60,591 bases of DNA, taken from contig JBIKKP010000003.1 of the NCBI GenBank assembly GCA_044360285.1, forward strand, positions 1 through 60,591. Reading direction: 5' to 3'. Below are positions 8,706 through 19,484 of this stretch, in pieces. Positions within the stretch are counted from its first letter, which is position 1. Each line of letters starts with the position of its first letter. Under the pieces are notes generated by a model. That model was not told the origin of the DNA, ran no database searches, and saw only the letters and a program-made list of their open reading frames with translations. The position numbers were made by a program, and so were the translations under genes. The DNA is from Rickettsiales bacterium (GTDB taxonomy: Bacteria; Pseudomonadota; Alphaproteobacteria; Rickettsiales; UBA1997).

Positions 8706-10991
8706 ATGGCAAGAGCAGTACCAAGAGGAAGGGGATTGGGCAGAGTGGGCGCAACAGCTGCAACGACAATAGCTAATCCAATGTTTGCCGCGCCGCCGTT
8801 TGATCCGCAACACGGTCAAGCATTTGTCGACTTGCCTTATGATAAAGCAGTAGTGGACGCTGCAGTTATAGCTCCAGCATTTGATGATGCAGCCAAAGTC
8901 CGTCTTGATGCAATCAGGGCTTTAGGCACAAAAGTTGGTCGCTATTCCGGACTTTCTCTTTATGAGTTTAGTCGCCTTTCTGCTTGTGTTGATGCTCATG
9001 GAGCTATCGATCACTCGAAGTTTGAATTTATTTTTGGCGGAGAGAATGCGGAAAATGAAGCCCTTAATCTGCGTGATAAATTAAACCGACTTACCAGGCC
9101 TGATGGTACGAAGGTTTTTTCTGCGAATGTTACAGGCGGAGATCTTGATGTTGCGCATGTTTTCGATGCGCATGGAAGACCAACCGGTGTTTACAAAGTT
9201 ATATTCCAGCTTTGTCAAGATGGCTTAGCTTGTAATCCAGATTATCCTGGAAGGAGGGTGATAATAAATTCAAATGCAGTTGCAGACCAAGAAATTACGG
9301 ATTTCTGCAAAACTATCGAAACAAGCCGCGCCTCAACCCAATATGATTTAGACCACAGAGCTGCAGAAATTCGCCGCGAAGATGAGTCAACAAAAACTGG
9401 TTTAGCTTGGTTGGTAAATGCGACAACTATTGGTCTTCCAGTATATCCATATGTTTTGCGCGGCGTTGGAAAATTATGCGAAATTGTCGGCGCGAACAGA
9501 ACGGCGATAGTTTGCAATAATTTAGCTGCTGATCTGTTCAAGCGCGGAAATTGGTTTGCAAAAGGCCTGGGAAAAGAAAAAGCAGCAATATGCGAAGAAG
9601 CTGTGCGAACTACAAGCGGGCTTCGTCTTATAGAAAATGAGCAAGAGGTTTGGACTTGGGGCACTCGTGATCCAAATAACCATGCAGCTGGAAGAAGATG
9701 GGGATTAGGAGATCTTTTTAGCAGTATAGGCAAAGGATGCGCTCGCGTGCCTGGCCTAGCTGTGGATGGAGCTTCGCTAGTAGTTGCAGGAGCGGCTAAT
9801 GCCGCAAGTCTTCCTGCTAATGCGCTTGGTGATGGATTGCTTGCCCCGGCTCAATGGGCGGCTAAAACTATAGGAAAAGTTAAAGAGAAACATGGTTGGT
9901 TCGCTGCTATTGCTGCTGCTATACCACTAATTCCTGTGGCTTTAGTTTTCGGCATACCTGGTTATGCAGCGCGAGCATTTGGTGTAGTTACCAGAGGTGT
10001 TGGGAAATCGGCATTGGGAAGTTTTCGTGATGCAAATCAGCATCTTGATGTGAAAGCAGTCGGATTATCTCGTGATTCTAGGCCAGTAGATGCTGCGCGA
10101 AAACTAGTGCAAGAAGCTGGTGTTCCAGATTCTGAATTGAACACGCTACAGACTGGAACTGTTTTTATAGCTGATAATCTTGGATGCAATCTTGATGGAA
10201 AAAAACTGTCTTTTGTGAATGGGCATTTGCTAACTACTTCCGAGGTTAAGAGGGTTATTCCAGAAATGTTAAAATGTCGCAAAGGTGCAACTTTTCGGGA
10301 AGATGTGACATTGGCAGGAAAAATAGATCGTGAATGTCAGGAGCTTTTTACTGTATCACATAAAGGGCGAAGATGGGAAATATTGGTAACTCCAAATACA
10401 CAAGATTTTATAATTCGCGCGGCAGGTGAGACTATTTCGTCACCAGGCGAAATTCCAGATGCACTGCGAGATCCAAGTGGTGCGCTTGATCGTGGATTCA
10501 CCGTGGCAATGTTTGCCGCCTACGATAAGTTTGCCACAGAACAACACGCAAAACATGGCTTTAGTTTTGGTGATCTTCAGCAAAGATTAGTTCGTGATAC
10601 TAATCATGAATGTTATGACAATTTGAAGGCTCTATGCGCAACTGCAGGATATAATCCAGAAAAGCATTCTAATAGTTTTAGGGTGAATGATAGTAGCGGT
10701 TATCGTGAAATTATTTTTGAGCATAGTGGTGAAATACGCCTTGCCGAAATGCGTGGTGGGGTGCTGGAAGTGCGGAAAGTTTATCCTGTAGAGAAACATG
10801 TTCATACTGCAAATGATCGGCGTGCAACTGGATCACATGTTGATCGTAAATTATTAGACTTTCTTGCTGACGTGAATGCTTTGTCAAAAGTTGTAACGCC
10901 AGCCCCAGCCACAGCGATAACGCCTAGAAGAGAACGTGGTCCGGTGCGACTTGGTGCTGTGTTTGATGCTACGCGAGATCGCACTCATTAG
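8706..10991 (+). CDS. Orphan 761-aa protein with central Gly/Ala-rich hydrophobic segment, candidate effector
   Basis: Long ORF starting 11 bp after tolQ. Hydrophobic stretch GWFAAIAAAIPLIPVALVFGIPG and an Arg-rich tail (PATAITPRRERGPVRL...). No recognisable family. Confidence 0.8.
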   Translation: MARAVPRGRGLGRVGATAATTIANPMFAAPPFDPQHGQAFVDLPYDKAVVDAAVIAPAFDDAAKVRLDAIRALGTKVGRYSGLSLYEFSRLSACVDAHGAIDHSKFEFIFGGENAENEALNLRDKLNRLTRPDGTKVFSANVTGGDLDVAHVFDAHGRPTGVYKVIFQLCQDGLACNPDYPGRRVIINSNAVADQEITDFCKTIETSRASTQYDLDHRAAEIRREDESTKTGLAWLVNATTIGLPVYPYVLRGVGKLCEIVGANRTAIVCNNLAADLFKRGNWFAKGLGKEKAAICEEAVRTTSGLRLIENEQEVWTWGTRDPNNHAAGRRWGLGDLFSSIGKGCARVPGLAVDGASLVVAGAANAASLPANALGDGLLAPAQWAAKTIGKVKEKHGWFAAIAAAIPLIPVALVFGIPGYAARAFGVVTRGVGKSALGSFRDANQHLDVKAVGLSRDSRPVDAARKLVQEAGVPDSELNTLQTGTVFIADNLGCNLDGKKLSFVNGHLLTTSEVKRVIPEMLKCRKGATFREDVTLAGKIDRECQELFTVSHKGRRWEILVTPNTQDFIIRAAGETISSPGEIPDALRDPSGALDRGFTVAMFAAYDKFATEQHAKHGFSFGDLQQRLVRDTNHECYDNLKALCATAGYNPEKHSNSFRVNDSSGYREIIFEHSGEIRLAEMRGGVLEVRKVYPVEKHVHTANDRRATGSHVDRKLLDFLADVNALSKVVTPAPATAITPRRERGPVRLGAVFDATRDRTH

Positions 10992-11368
10992 TTACTTTTT
11001 TTGCGAAAAAATCTAAACAAAAAAAACGCACCAAGCAGCGCGCTAAGAAGCGGTAAAATAAAAAGAGATTTCTCATTTTCTTCGCCGCTTTTCAGCAAAA
11101 TATCTTCCCCAAATTCGGCGAGTAGCTGCGTTTTTATTTCCTCATCTTTTTTTCCAGCGCTGATTTTCTTACGAATCAATTCACGCATCGACGCCGAAAA
11201 TTCCGTATCCGAACTTTCAATTACCTGACCTTGGCAAACCAAGCAGCGCACTTGCCTAAACAAAGCAACGGCGCGCTGTTCAAGCTTTTCATCATCTAAT
11301 CTTTTTTCGGGGGAAAGCGCGAAGACGTTTGCCGTGAAGAACAAAAAAACAGCGAGAAGGATTTTCAT
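10988..11368 (-). CDS. ccmH: Cytochrome c biogenesis protein CcmH (CcmL/CycL)
   Basis: Signal peptide, VRCLVCQGQ (LRCxxC) motif, C-terminal TM. Confidence 0.92.
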   Translation of the reverse strand: MKILLAVFLFFTANVFALSPEKRLDDEKLEQRAVALFRQVRCLVCQGQVIESSDTEFSASMRELIRKKISAGKKDEEIKTQLLAEFGEDILLKSGEENEKSLFILPLLSALLGAFFLFRFFRKKSN

Positions 11369-11392
11369 GGTTTGATTTATTGTTTTGGTGTC

Positions 11393-11470
11393 GTCACCCT
11401 TCGACAGGCTTAGGATGACTAGTTATCGAGCTAATCAGGTAAGGTCATGCTGAGCCTGTCGAAGCATGGC
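11393..11470. repeat. Palindromic element family B (two arms, order reversed relative to 39328)
   Basis: gtcacccttcgacaggcttaggatgac ... gtcatgctgagcctgtcgaagcatggc. Confidence 0.85.
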
Positions 11471-11484
11471 CGTTGTAGTTGGCT

Positions 11485-12294
11485 TTAAGAAACCTCAATC
11501 TCCCTAACAAACTCCAACTCATACCAACCAGTCATAATTACCGGGCTTCCATCGCCATTCCAACTGATCTGCAAGTCGCCACCTTTAAAACGCGTCGTTA
11601 CAGAATTTTTGGAGATCAATTTTTTTCTCATCGCTAAAATTCCAACCGCGCAGGCACCGGTGCCGCAGGCCAAAGTTTCGCCAGCGCCGCGCTCAAAAAC
11701 GCGCACTTCGATTAAATCATCCGACAAAATCCGCGCAAATTCGACGTTAGTTTTTTGGGGAAAAATTTCATTGGTTTCAACTTTTGGACCCACATCAAAA
11801 AATTTCTCATCAGAAATTATTGAAGAGATGAAGCTTACAGCGTGAGGGTTTCCAACATTTACGCAGGAAAATTCAAAACCAAAAAGTTTGATATTTTCAG
11901 AAGAAGAATTTTTTAGCGGAATTTCGTTTGGAAGAAATTTTGGAACAGCGACAGCAACGGAAATTTTATTTTCACCAGCGCGCCAGCATTTAAGAACTCC
12001 GGCCGCGGTTTTTATTTTTACTTCATTTTGATCAAAGAGCGAAGCAACGCATCTTGTTGCATTTCCGCAAGCGCCAGAAACTGAGCCGTCGCGATTAAAA
12101 ATTTCCATCTCAACATCGCAGTCAGTTGATTGATGTAAAAGGATTATTTGATCGCAGAAAAACTCTTGAGAGATTTTTTGAATCTGAGCCAGGGTCAGTG
12201 AAATTGCAGCTTCACGAGCATCAAAAATAGCGAAGCTATTGCCCGCTCCGCTCATTTTTATTAGAGAAATTTTATGACTTGGCGCGGCCAACAT
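11485..12294 (-). CDS. dapF: Diaminopimelate epimerase
   Basis: KMSGAGNSF, NRDGS..ACGNATRC, VGNPH and ERGAGETLACGTG motifs. Likely start is the ATG at 12294, overlapping the efp end. Confidence 0.93.
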   Translation of the reverse strand: MLAAPSHKISLIKMSGAGNSFAIFDAREAAISLTLAQIQKISQEFFCDQIILLHQSTDCDVEMEIFNRDGSVSGACGNATRCVASLFDQNEVKIKTAAGVLKCWRAGENKISVAVAVPKFLPNEIPLKNSSSENIKLFGFEFSCVNVGNPHAVSFISSIISDEKFFDVGPKVETNEIFPQKTNVEFARILSDDLIEVRVFERGAGETLACGTGACAVGILAMRKKLISKNSVTTRFKGGDLQISWNGDGSPVIMTGWYELEFVREIEVS

Positions 12295-12841
12295 AAGTGA
12301 AGTCTTCCGTGCGAACGATGATTTCTTCGCCAGTTTCAATGAATGGCGGAACCATAACGCGTACGCCATTTTCAAGGATTGCTGGCTTGTAAGATGCTGC
12401 CGCAGTTTGACCTTTTACAACCGCATCAGCTTGTGCAACTACGCCACTTACTTGTTCGGGTAAGAAAATTGTGATTGGTTTATCGTTGCAGTATTCAACG
12501 CGGATATCCATGCCTTCTTTCAAGAATGGCAAGGGTTCGCCAACCAATTCTTTAGCAAATTGGATGGTTTCAAAACTGTCCATATCCATGGCAACCAGCT
12601 CGTCGCGGTCGAAATAAGAAAATTGGAAATTTTTTTGTTCAACGAAAGCAACGTCAACATCTTCGCTGGAAGCAAAGCGCGTGTTGGTTTTGTTGCCAGT
12701 GACGATGTTTTTCATCTCAACTTGAATGTAAGCCCCACCTTTGCCTGGCTTGACGTGATCGCGTTTTACAACTTTCCAAAGTTGGTTTTCGAAAGAAATT
12801 ACGTTTCCGACACGAATCGAATTTGCGTTGGTCTTACTCAT
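12272..12841 (-). CDS. efp: Elongation factor P
   Basis: HVKPGKGGA loop and KPAILENG..VMVPPFI motif. Confidence 0.97.
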   Translation of the reverse strand: MSKTNANSIRVGNVISFENQLWKVVKRDHVKPGKGGAYIQVEMKNIVTGNKTNTRFASSEDVDVAFVEQKNFQFSYFDRDELVAMDMDSFETIQFAKELVGEPLPFLKEGMDIRVEYCNDKPITIFLPEQVSGVVAQADAVVKGQTAAASYKPAILENGVRVMVPPFIETGEEIIVRTEDFTYVGRAKS

Positions 12842-12849
12842 AGATTTTT

Positions 12850-14241
12850 TTAGTTGGATAAATTTTTAACAATCTCTTCGACGACCTTTTTAGCGTCGCC
12901 AAAAATCATCATGGTATTGTCATTGAAGAAGAGCTCGTTCTCAACGCCCGCATAGCCTGAGGCCATTGAACGTTTGATGAAGAAAACAGTTTTTGCATGC
13001 GCCACATCAAGAATTGGCATGCCATAAATTGGGCTGGTTTTGTCGGTTTTTGCCGCCGGATTTGTCACGTCATTTGCGCCAATCACAAAAGCAACATCAG
13101 CTGATTTGAACTCGCTGTTGATTTCTTCGAGCTCAAAAACTTTTTCATAGTCGATGTTGGCTTCAGCAAGCAATACGTTCATGTGTCCAGGCATTCTGCC
13201 AGCAACTGGATGGATGGCAAATTTAACACTCACGCCAGCTTCTTCAAGAATTTTGGTCATTTCTGCAACCGCGTGCTGCGCTGATGCAACCGCCATTCCA
13301 TAGCCTGGAACGATGATTACCGAAGATGAGTTTTTCATTATGTAAGCAGCGTCTTCAGCCGAGCCGCTTTTCACTGGCTTTTGTTCTTTTTGCTCTGAAG
13401 CAGATTGCTGTGCGTTTTCGCTAAATCCCGAGAAAATTACGTTAAAAATTGAGCGGTTCATCGCTTTACACATGATGTAGCTCAAGATGGCCCCAGATGC
13501 GCCAACCAAAGCGCCAGTAATGACAAGAAGCGGGTTGCCAAGTGTAAAACCAATGCCGCTTGCTGCCCAACCAGAATAAGAATTTAACATTGAAACCACG
13601 ACTGGCATATCTGCGCCGCCAACTGGTGCAATTAAAACGAAACCGGCAAAAAAGGAAAGTAAGGTGAGGGTGATGAAGAGGAATTTTGAACCAAAAATGA
13701 TGAAGCCAATAAGGTTTGCCAAAGCAACTCCAGCAAGAATTTTTGAGGATTTTTTTGGATCCTTAAAAACCTTCAGCGTTGATTTCATATTGCCGTTGAG
13801 CTTGAGAAAAGCGACAATTGAGCCGGTGAAAGTTATTGCACCAATTACAACGCCAAGGCCCATTTCAATGAGGCTGCCGGTTTTGATTTCGTCATCAATT
13901 ATCAGGCCGAAAGCTTTTGGCATCCATAAAGCGCTTGCGGCAATAAGCACGGCAGCAAGGCCAACGAGAGAGTGAAATCCGGCAACAAGTTGTGGCATCG
14001 CGGTCATTTTTACTTTACGTGCAACCGCCCAACCAACTGCCCCGCCAATTGCAATTGCGATGATGATGGCAACGATGTTTTGTACTTGAGGAAGGAAGAA
14101 AGTTGTGACAATTGCCAACCCCATTCCTGCCATACCAAAATTATTGCCAAGGCGCGAGGTTTTTGGTGAAGAAAGTCCGTAGAGGGAGAGGATGAAGAGG
14201 ACTGCGGAAACTAGGTAAGAGAAGGCAATTAGTGAGGACAT
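12850..14241 (-). CDS. pntB: NAD(P) transhydrogenase subunit beta
   Basis: MPQLVAGFHSLVG, GGADMPVVVSMLNSYSG, PGYGMAVA and HPVAGRMPGHMNVLLAEA motifs. Confidence 0.97.
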   Translation of the reverse strand: MSSLIAFSYLVSAVLFILSLYGLSSPKTSRLGNNFGMAGMGLAIVTTFFLPQVQNIVAIIIAIAIGGAVGWAVARKVKMTAMPQLVAGFHSLVGLAAVLIAASALWMPKAFGLIIDDEIKTGSLIEMGLGVVIGAITFTGSIVAFLKLNGNMKSTLKVFKDPKKSSKILAGVALANLIGFIIFGSKFLFITLTLLSFFAGFVLIAPVGGADMPVVVSMLNSYSGWAASGIGFTLGNPLLVITGALVGASGAILSYIMCKAMNRSIFNVIFSGFSENAQQSASEQKEQKPVKSGSAEDAAYIMKNSSSVIIVPGYGMAVASAQHAVAEMTKILEEAGVSVKFAIHPVAGRMPGHMNVLLAEANIDYEKVFELEEINSEFKSADVAFVIGANDVTNPAAKTDKTSPIYGMPILDVAHAKTVFFIKRSMASGYAGVENELFFNDNTMMIFGDAKKVVEEIVKNLSN

Positions 14242-14270
14242 TTTGTTTCTGTTTAGTTTAACGGCTTAAA

Positions 14271-14376
14271 GCTGGACGGCATTTGTAATGCCGTCCGAAA
14301 CGTTCATGTAAAAATTTAATCCGAGATTTTAACCATTTTAATGAACGGTTGGGCGGAGTTGTAAACTCTGCCTAGC
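14271..14376. repeat. Palindromic element family C (doublet)
   Basis: gctggacggcatttgtaatgccgtcc..cgttcat ... atgaacg..gggcggagttgtaaactctgcctagc. Confidence 0.85.
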
Positions 14377-14393
14377 TCTTTCTCGAGTTAATT

Positions 14394-16889
14394 CTACAAA
14401 ATACGCTGTTTCTCAACAATCTCGTAACACTCGACCATATCGTGCTCTTTGATGTCTTCGTAGTTTTCGAAGGCAATACCGCACTCAAAGCCGCTTTTAA
14501 CTTCTTTAACGTCGTCTTTGAAGCGGCGCAGAGTTTTTAGTACGCCATCATGAATAACCACGTTGTCACGAAGTAAGCGAACGCGCGCACTTCTTTTAAC
14601 AAGTCCGTCAGTGACGAAAGAACCAGCAATTTTTCCAGAGCCGGTGACTTTGAAGACTTGTCTGATTTCCGCTTGGCCAAGATATTCTTCATTTTTCGAT
14701 GGAGAAAGAAGGCCGGAAAGCATGAGTTTCAGGTCGTCAACGAGATTGTAGATGATTGAGTAATAGCGTATATCAACACCTTTTAGGCGCGCAGTTTCTT
14801 TTGCGGCGGCATTAGCGCGCACGTTGAAACCAATGATAAGTGCGCTTGAGGCGGCAGCAAGGCTGATGTCGCTTTCAGAAATTCCACCGGTTGCGGTGTG
14901 AATAACTTTAATGGCAACTTCTTCAGTATTGAGTTTAAGCACGCTGCCATTGATTGCTTCGGCTGAGCCGTGCACATCGGCTTTGATGATGATGTTGAGA
15001 TATTTCAACTTTCCTTTGCCAGATTCTTTGAAGACGTCGTTGAAAGATTTTGCCGAATTTTTTAGCGCTTTTTCTTCTTTTTCTTTGCGATTGCGGTAGG
15101 CGATGATTTCGCGGGCTTGGCGCTCTTCATCAACTTCAACGAATTTATCACCAGCATTTGGTGCAAAGTCTAAACCAAGAACTTCCACCGGCACCGATGG
15201 AGTTGCTGATTTTAAGTTTTTGTGATTGTCGTTAGACATTTTGCGCACACGTCCGAAAGACGATCCAACCACGATTAGATCAGAAACATCAAGCGTTCCA
15301 TGCTGCACCAACAAGGTTGCAACAACACCTTTTGATGGATCAACGCGCGATTCCAAAACAACACCGCTGGCTTTTCCCTCATAGCGTGCTTTCAAATCAA
15401 GCACCTCTGCTTGCAGCAAAATTGCTTCTTCAAGCTTGTCGAGATTGATTTTATTTTTAGCAGAAACTTCGACGAAAATTACATCACCACCCAAATCTTC
15501 AGAGATGATTTCGTGGTTTAAAAGTTCGTTTTTAACTCTTTTTGGATCTCCGCCTGGCTTGTCGATTTTATTGACAGCAACAATTATTGGAACGCCCGCA
15601 GCTTTGGCGTGATTAAGCGCTTCTACAGTTTGTTCTTTCACGCCATCATCAGCGGCAACAACCAAAACGACAATGTCAGTGACGTTAGCGCCGCGTGAAC
15701 GCATCTCGCTGAAGGCTTCGTGGCCTGGAGTATCTAGGAAAGTTATGAAGCGGCCATCTTTTAGTTGAATGCGAGAAGCGCCAATGTGTTGCGTGATTCC
15801 ACCATGTTCGCCAGCGGCAACGTCAGTTTCGCGCAGGGCGTCAAGTAATGAAGTTTTACCGTGATCGACGTGACCCATAATGGTGACGACTGGAGCGCGA
15901 GCCATAATTGGCGCAGTTGAGTCTTCTTCGCTGAGGACATTTTCTACGTCAGAATGTGAAACACGTTTTGCTTTGTGGCCAAATTCAGCGATAATGATTT
16001 CTGCAGTATCGGCGTCAATTGCTTGGTTGCTGGTGACGACCATGCCCATCGAAAATAGTTTTTTAACTACGTCGCCAGCTTTTTCTGTCATACGATCTGC
16101 AAGCTCAGAAACAGTGATGAGATCAGGAAGAGCAACTTCGCGGCTGATTTTTTTGTAATCTTTTGAAGAAGATTCTTGCTGTCTGAGTTTTTGTTTTTTG
16201 CGGCGGTTGCCAGAATGTTCAAACTCGTCGCCATCAGATGAGCCAACGATGTAAGTGAGTTTACGCGTGTTTACGCGCTCTTCTTTGAAATTTGGTTTAG
16301 ATTTTTTTGCAGCGTTTTCTTCGTCGAAATTTCTTTCAGGTTTTTTTGTTTTATGTCTTTCAATTTCGAGGCGCTCTTTTTCTTGGCGTTCGCGCTCTTC
16401 TTTTTTGCGTTTCTCGATTAAGAGTTTTTCACGTTCTTCTTTTTCGCGATTGCTGACTTCTAGACTTTGTCTGATTTTGCCGCGCACGTCAAAGCTGTCT
16501 ACTTTGTATTTTGTTGGTTCGGAAATCTTTTGTTCTTCAACTACTGGAGCAACTTCAACAACAGTTTCTTTAACTTTTTTAGAAGATAAAACCTCTTCCT
16601 TTGCTTGTCTTTCTTTGGCTGCAGCCCTGTTAATGATTTCGTTAGTTTTAAAATCTTGCGAATCTTCTCTTGGTTTAGAGATGGCCTTTATTCTTGCTTC
16701 AAGCTCGCTTTTATTGAGGCTAGAATTTTCCTCAATTTTTGGATCTTTTTTGCGACCTTTGATTGTCACTTGAACAAGCGAATTGCCGACTTTTTTATTT
16801 TCGGTGCTTTTGTTCAAAGCAGGGCTTTGTGCATTGACTGAAGTTGGTAGCTTGAGCGTGAGTTTAGAGCGAATAGTTGTTTCAGTCAT
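14394..16889 (-). CDS. infB: Translation initiation factor IF-2
   Basis: [39 protein letters not shown] and [11 protein letters not shown] motifs. Confidence 0.98.
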   Translation of the reverse strand: MTETTIRSKLTLKLPTSVNAQSPALNKSTENKKVGNSLVQVTIKGRKKDPKIEENSSLNKSELEARIKAISKPREDSQDFKTNEIINRAAAKERQAKEEVLSSKKVKETVVEVAPVVEEQKISEPTKYKVDSFDVRGKIRQSLEVSNREKEEREKLLIEKRKKEERERQEKERLEIERHKTKKPERNFDEENAAKKSKPNFKEERVNTRKLTYIVGSSDGDEFEHSGNRRKKQKLRQQESSSKDYKKISREVALPDLITVSELADRMTEKAGDVVKKLFSMGMVVTSNQAIDADTAEIIIAEFGHKAKRVSHSDVENVLSEEDSTAPIMARAPVVTIMGHVDHGKTSLLDALRETDVAAGEHGGITQHIGASRIQLKDGRFITFLDTPGHEAFSEMRSRGANVTDIVVLVVAADDGVKEQTVEALNHAKAAGVPIIVAVNKIDKPGGDPKRVKNELLNHEIISEDLGGDVIFVEVSAKNKINLDKLEEAILLQAEVLDLKARYEGKASGVVLESRVDPSKGVVATLLVQHGTLDVSDLIVVGSSFGRVRKMSNDNHKNLKSATPSVPVEVLGLDFAPNAGDKFVEVDEERQAREIIAYRNRKEKEEKALKNSAKSFNDVFKESGKGKLKYLNIIIKADVHGSAEAINGSVLKLNTEEVAIKVIHTATGGISESDISLAAASSALIIGFNVRANAAAKETARLKGVDIRYYSIIYNLVDDLKLMLSGLLSPSKNEEYLGQAEIRQVFKVTGSGKIAGSFVTDGLVKRSARVRLLRDNVVIHDGVLKTLRRFKDDVKEVKSGFECGIAFENYEDIKEHDMVECYEIVEKQRIL

Positions 16890-16937
16890 TTTACAATTTT
16901 TTTTGCGGCCCAGTGCGAGAAGAGTATTAGAAAATTC

Positions 16938-18224
16938 CTAAGCGGTTTTCTGTAAATATTCTTCAGCTCTGTTCTTAATTTCTTTGGCAATTTCTTCGTC
17001 AAATCCTTCGATGGATTGGATTTCAGAAACCTCAGCCTGTGCCAATTCTTCAACGCTTAAGAAACCTTCAGAAGCAAGCAAATTGGCAATCATTTCTTCA
17101 ACGTCGAGCGCTTCAGCAAATAGTTTAGAAGCTTGGTTGAATTCTGCAGTTCTGCGCGCTGATTCTTGCTCGTCGGTCATTACGTCGATTTTGTAATCAA
17201 CAAGTTTAGAAGCGAGTTTTACATTTTGTCCGCCACGGCCAATTGCCAGGCTGAGTTGGTCTTCAGCAACAACTACTTCAATTAAGCGATTTTCTTCATC
17301 AACAACAACTTTGCTGACCTTTGCTGGAGTAAGCGCGCTTACCACAAGTTCAGCAACGTTTGGCGCCCATTTGAAGATGTCGATTTTTTCACCACGTAGC
17401 TCAGCACTCACAGACTGAACGCGATTTCCGCGAATACCAATGAAGGAACCGATGATGTCGATATCGTCACGACGTGAGTAAATGGCGATTTTGGCACGTG
17501 AACCAGGGTCACGGGCAACTGCTTTAACTTCTATATTGCCATCGTAGAGTTCTGGAACTTCTTGTTCAAAAAGTTTAACCAAAAATTGCGGATGGGTGCG
17601 TGAAAGGAAAATTTGTGCGCCGTGCAATTCTTTGCGTACGTCTTCGATGTAGCAACGCATGCGATCTCCCACACGGAAAGTTTCGCGTGGAATTAGACCG
17701 CTTTCGTGGATGACAGCTTCGTAGCCATCGATTTCCATAACGATATTTTTCAAGCCAACTTTTTTCACCGAAGCGCTGACGATGTCGCCGATGCGATCTT
17801 TGAATTCGTTATATTCTTTATTTTTCTCAGCTTCTTTTACCTTGCGGATGATCTCGTTTCTAGCGACTTGAGCAACAACGCGGTTCAAGTCAATTGGTGG
17901 AAGTTCCTGGATAACAGAATCGCCAAGCTCAGCGTTTTCGTCTTCTTCTTTAGCGTGTTTAAGTGTGATGTGCGTGCGAACGTCGAAATCTTCAGTGTCG
18001 TTAGCAACAACTTGCAGCTTGTTGAAAAGTTTGATTTGGCCAGTTTTTTTGTCGATGCGGCATTCGATATCAAGGTGGCTACCGTATTTTTTCTTTGCGG
18101 CAAGTTTGATGCCTTCTTCCATGGCCTCGATAACTTCTTGCAGCGCGATACCTTTTTCGTGTGCGATATTTTCGGCAACCAATAAGATTTCCTTGTTGCC
18201 CATGATGGTTAGGTTACTCGCCAT
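16938..18224 (-). CDS. nusA: Transcription termination/antitermination factor NusA
   Basis: LSRTHP, LFEQEVPE, ARDPGSRAKIA and LSLAIGRGGQNVKLAS motifs. Confidence 0.97.
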   Translation of the reverse strand: MASNLTIMGNKEILLVAENIAHEKGIALQEVIEAMEEGIKLAAKKKYGSHLDIECRIDKKTGQIKLFNKLQVVANDTEDFDVRTHITLKHAKEEDENAELGDSVIQELPPIDLNRVVAQVARNEIIRKVKEAEKNKEYNEFKDRIGDIVSASVKKVGLKNIVMEIDGYEAVIHESGLIPRETFRVGDRMRCYIEDVRKELHGAQIFLSRTHPQFLVKLFEQEVPELYDGNIEVKAVARDPGSRAKIAIYSRRDDIDIIGSFIGIRGNRVQSVSAELRGEKIDIFKWAPNVAELVVSALTPAKVSKVVVDEENRLIEVVVAEDQLSLAIGRGGQNVKLASKLVDYKIDVMTDEQESARRTAEFNQASKLFAEALDVEEMIANLLASEGFLSVEELAQAEVSEIQSIEGFDEEIAKEIKNRAEEYLQKTA

Positions 18225-18254
18225 ATTTTTTGATTAAATTTAGATGATTTGTGG

Positions 18255-18314
18255 AATTGCTTGCAGCTCTACTTAAGGGTGGTGATTCGACCTCAAAGGG
18301 CCGCGCAAGCTATT
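18255..18314 (-). promoter_or_regulatory. Candidate structured 5' leader hairpin upstream of nusA
   Basis: Minus strand reads GCUUGC-GCGGCCCUUUGAGG...CCCUUAAG-UAGAGCU-GCAAGC, an imperfect long stem about 30 nt before the nusA start. It is GC-rich in an AT-rich spacer. Confidence 0.4.
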
Positions 18315-18363
18315 TAGGCAAAAATGAAAGGCAACTCGAAATTTCAGTAAAAATGCGGGAATT

Positions 18364-18633
18364 TTAGTGCTTTTTTTCTCTTTGCGAAAGCCTGATTTTA
18401 TTGACTGCGTTGCTGATTATGGTTTTTGAGCAGAGTAAAATTCCAAAAGCCATTCCAAGCAGAAAAAAGAAGATCATCACCATAAAAACTCTGGTCTCGA
18501 TGCTGAAGGGGAAAGGATCGAGATGGATTGAAACTTCGCCGCGATTATCGACCATAAATAAAACTAGGCAAAGCAGCGAGAGGCCCAGAATCACGCCGCG
18601 CGCGATGCGAAGGAGAAAATTAATGAAGTTCAT
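18364..18633 (-). CDS. LapA-family (DUF1049) small membrane protein
   Basis: Two TM segments around LFMVDNRGEVSIHLDPF; 89 aa. Confidence 0.75.
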   Translation of the reverse strand: MNFINFLLRIARGVILGLSLLCLVLFMVDNRGEVSIHLDPFPFSIETRVFMVMIFFFLLGMAFGILLCSKTIISNAVNKIRLSQREKKH

Positions 18634-19478
18634 CGAGTAATTAAATTTATTAGTTTTTCGTCAGGCTGCGGCTTAGTTTTAAACCAGGCTTCAAAGCCCA
18701 CCAATGCTTGCTCAATTAGCATTCCAATGCCAGTGACAATAACGTTTCCTTGCGCTTGCGCTTGGCGCAAAAGCACTGTTTGTAAGGGTTTGTAGACGAT
18801 GTCATAAACAATTGCTGAATTTTTCAGCAGCGCCAAATCAAGTGACAAGGCGGGTTGGCCAATCATTCCAAGCGATGTTGAATTTACTAATAAATCGCAT
18901 TGGTCAAGTTTTTTGGCAAATTTTACCTCGGGTAAAAATTGCAATTGGCAGTTTTTTTGCGCAGCAAAATTAGCAAAATTTTTGAGTAAATTTTCGGCGC
19001 GAGTTTGATTGCGGTTGGTAATAAAAATTTTCTCAAAACCAAAATCGATAAGTGCATAAACTATTGCCCTTGCTGCCCCGCCAGCGCCAATAACAAAAGC
19101 GGTTTTTTGTTTGGGATTAAAATCTGGACAGTGATTTTTAAAATTATTTATGAAGCCGGCGGCATCAGAATTGTGGCCGAAAAGTTTTTTGTCTGGTGTG
19201 ATGATTACTGTGTTTACAGCGCCACAAAGTTTTGCGCTGCGGCTTAGATGGTCGCAGATTTTATAGATTTCTTCTTTGTGTGGTAAAGTGACGTTGAAGC
19301 CAGCAAAGCCCTCAGCAACAAGTTGCTGCACATCTTTTAATAAATTTTCTTTGCTGATTTTTTTTGCTTCATAGCTGCCGTTAATTCCATATTTTTGCAG
19401 AAAAAAATTATGAATTTTTGGCGAAAGTGAATGAGAAATTGGATCGCCAATGACTGCTGCTTTAATTTTATTTTCCAT
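18630..19478 (-). CDS. aroE: Shikimate dehydrogenase
   Basis: GDPISHSLSP, GFNVTLPHK, GAVNT, GAGGAARA and YDIVYKP motifs. Confidence 0.96.
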   Translation of the reverse strand: MENKIKAAVIGDPISHSLSPKIHNFFLQKYGINGSYEAKKISKENLLKDVQQLVAEGFAGFNVTLPHKEEIYKICDHLSRSAKLCGAVNTVIITPDKKLFGHNSDAAGFINNFKNHCPDFNPKQKTAFVIGAGGAARAIVYALIDFGFEKIFITNRNQTRAENLLKNFANFAAQKNCQLQFLPEVKFAKKLDQCDLLVNSTSLGMIGQPALSLDLALLKNSAIVYDIVYKPLQTVLLRQAQAQGNVIVTGIGMLIEQALVGFEAWFKTKPQPDEKLINLITR

Positions 19479-19484
19479 TTTTTT

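Noticed and set aside
12295-12375. Extended dapF N-terminus from the ORF track
   Set aside because: It lies deep inside efp. DapF similarity starts near KISLIKM, so the ATG at 12294 is more plausible.
18255-18314. SRP RNA, tRNA or a known riboswitch in the nusA upstream spacer
   Set aside because: It has no SRP GNRA-loop/CAGG motif, no cloverleaf and no riboswitch consensus I can recognise. It is kept only as an unassigned hairpin.
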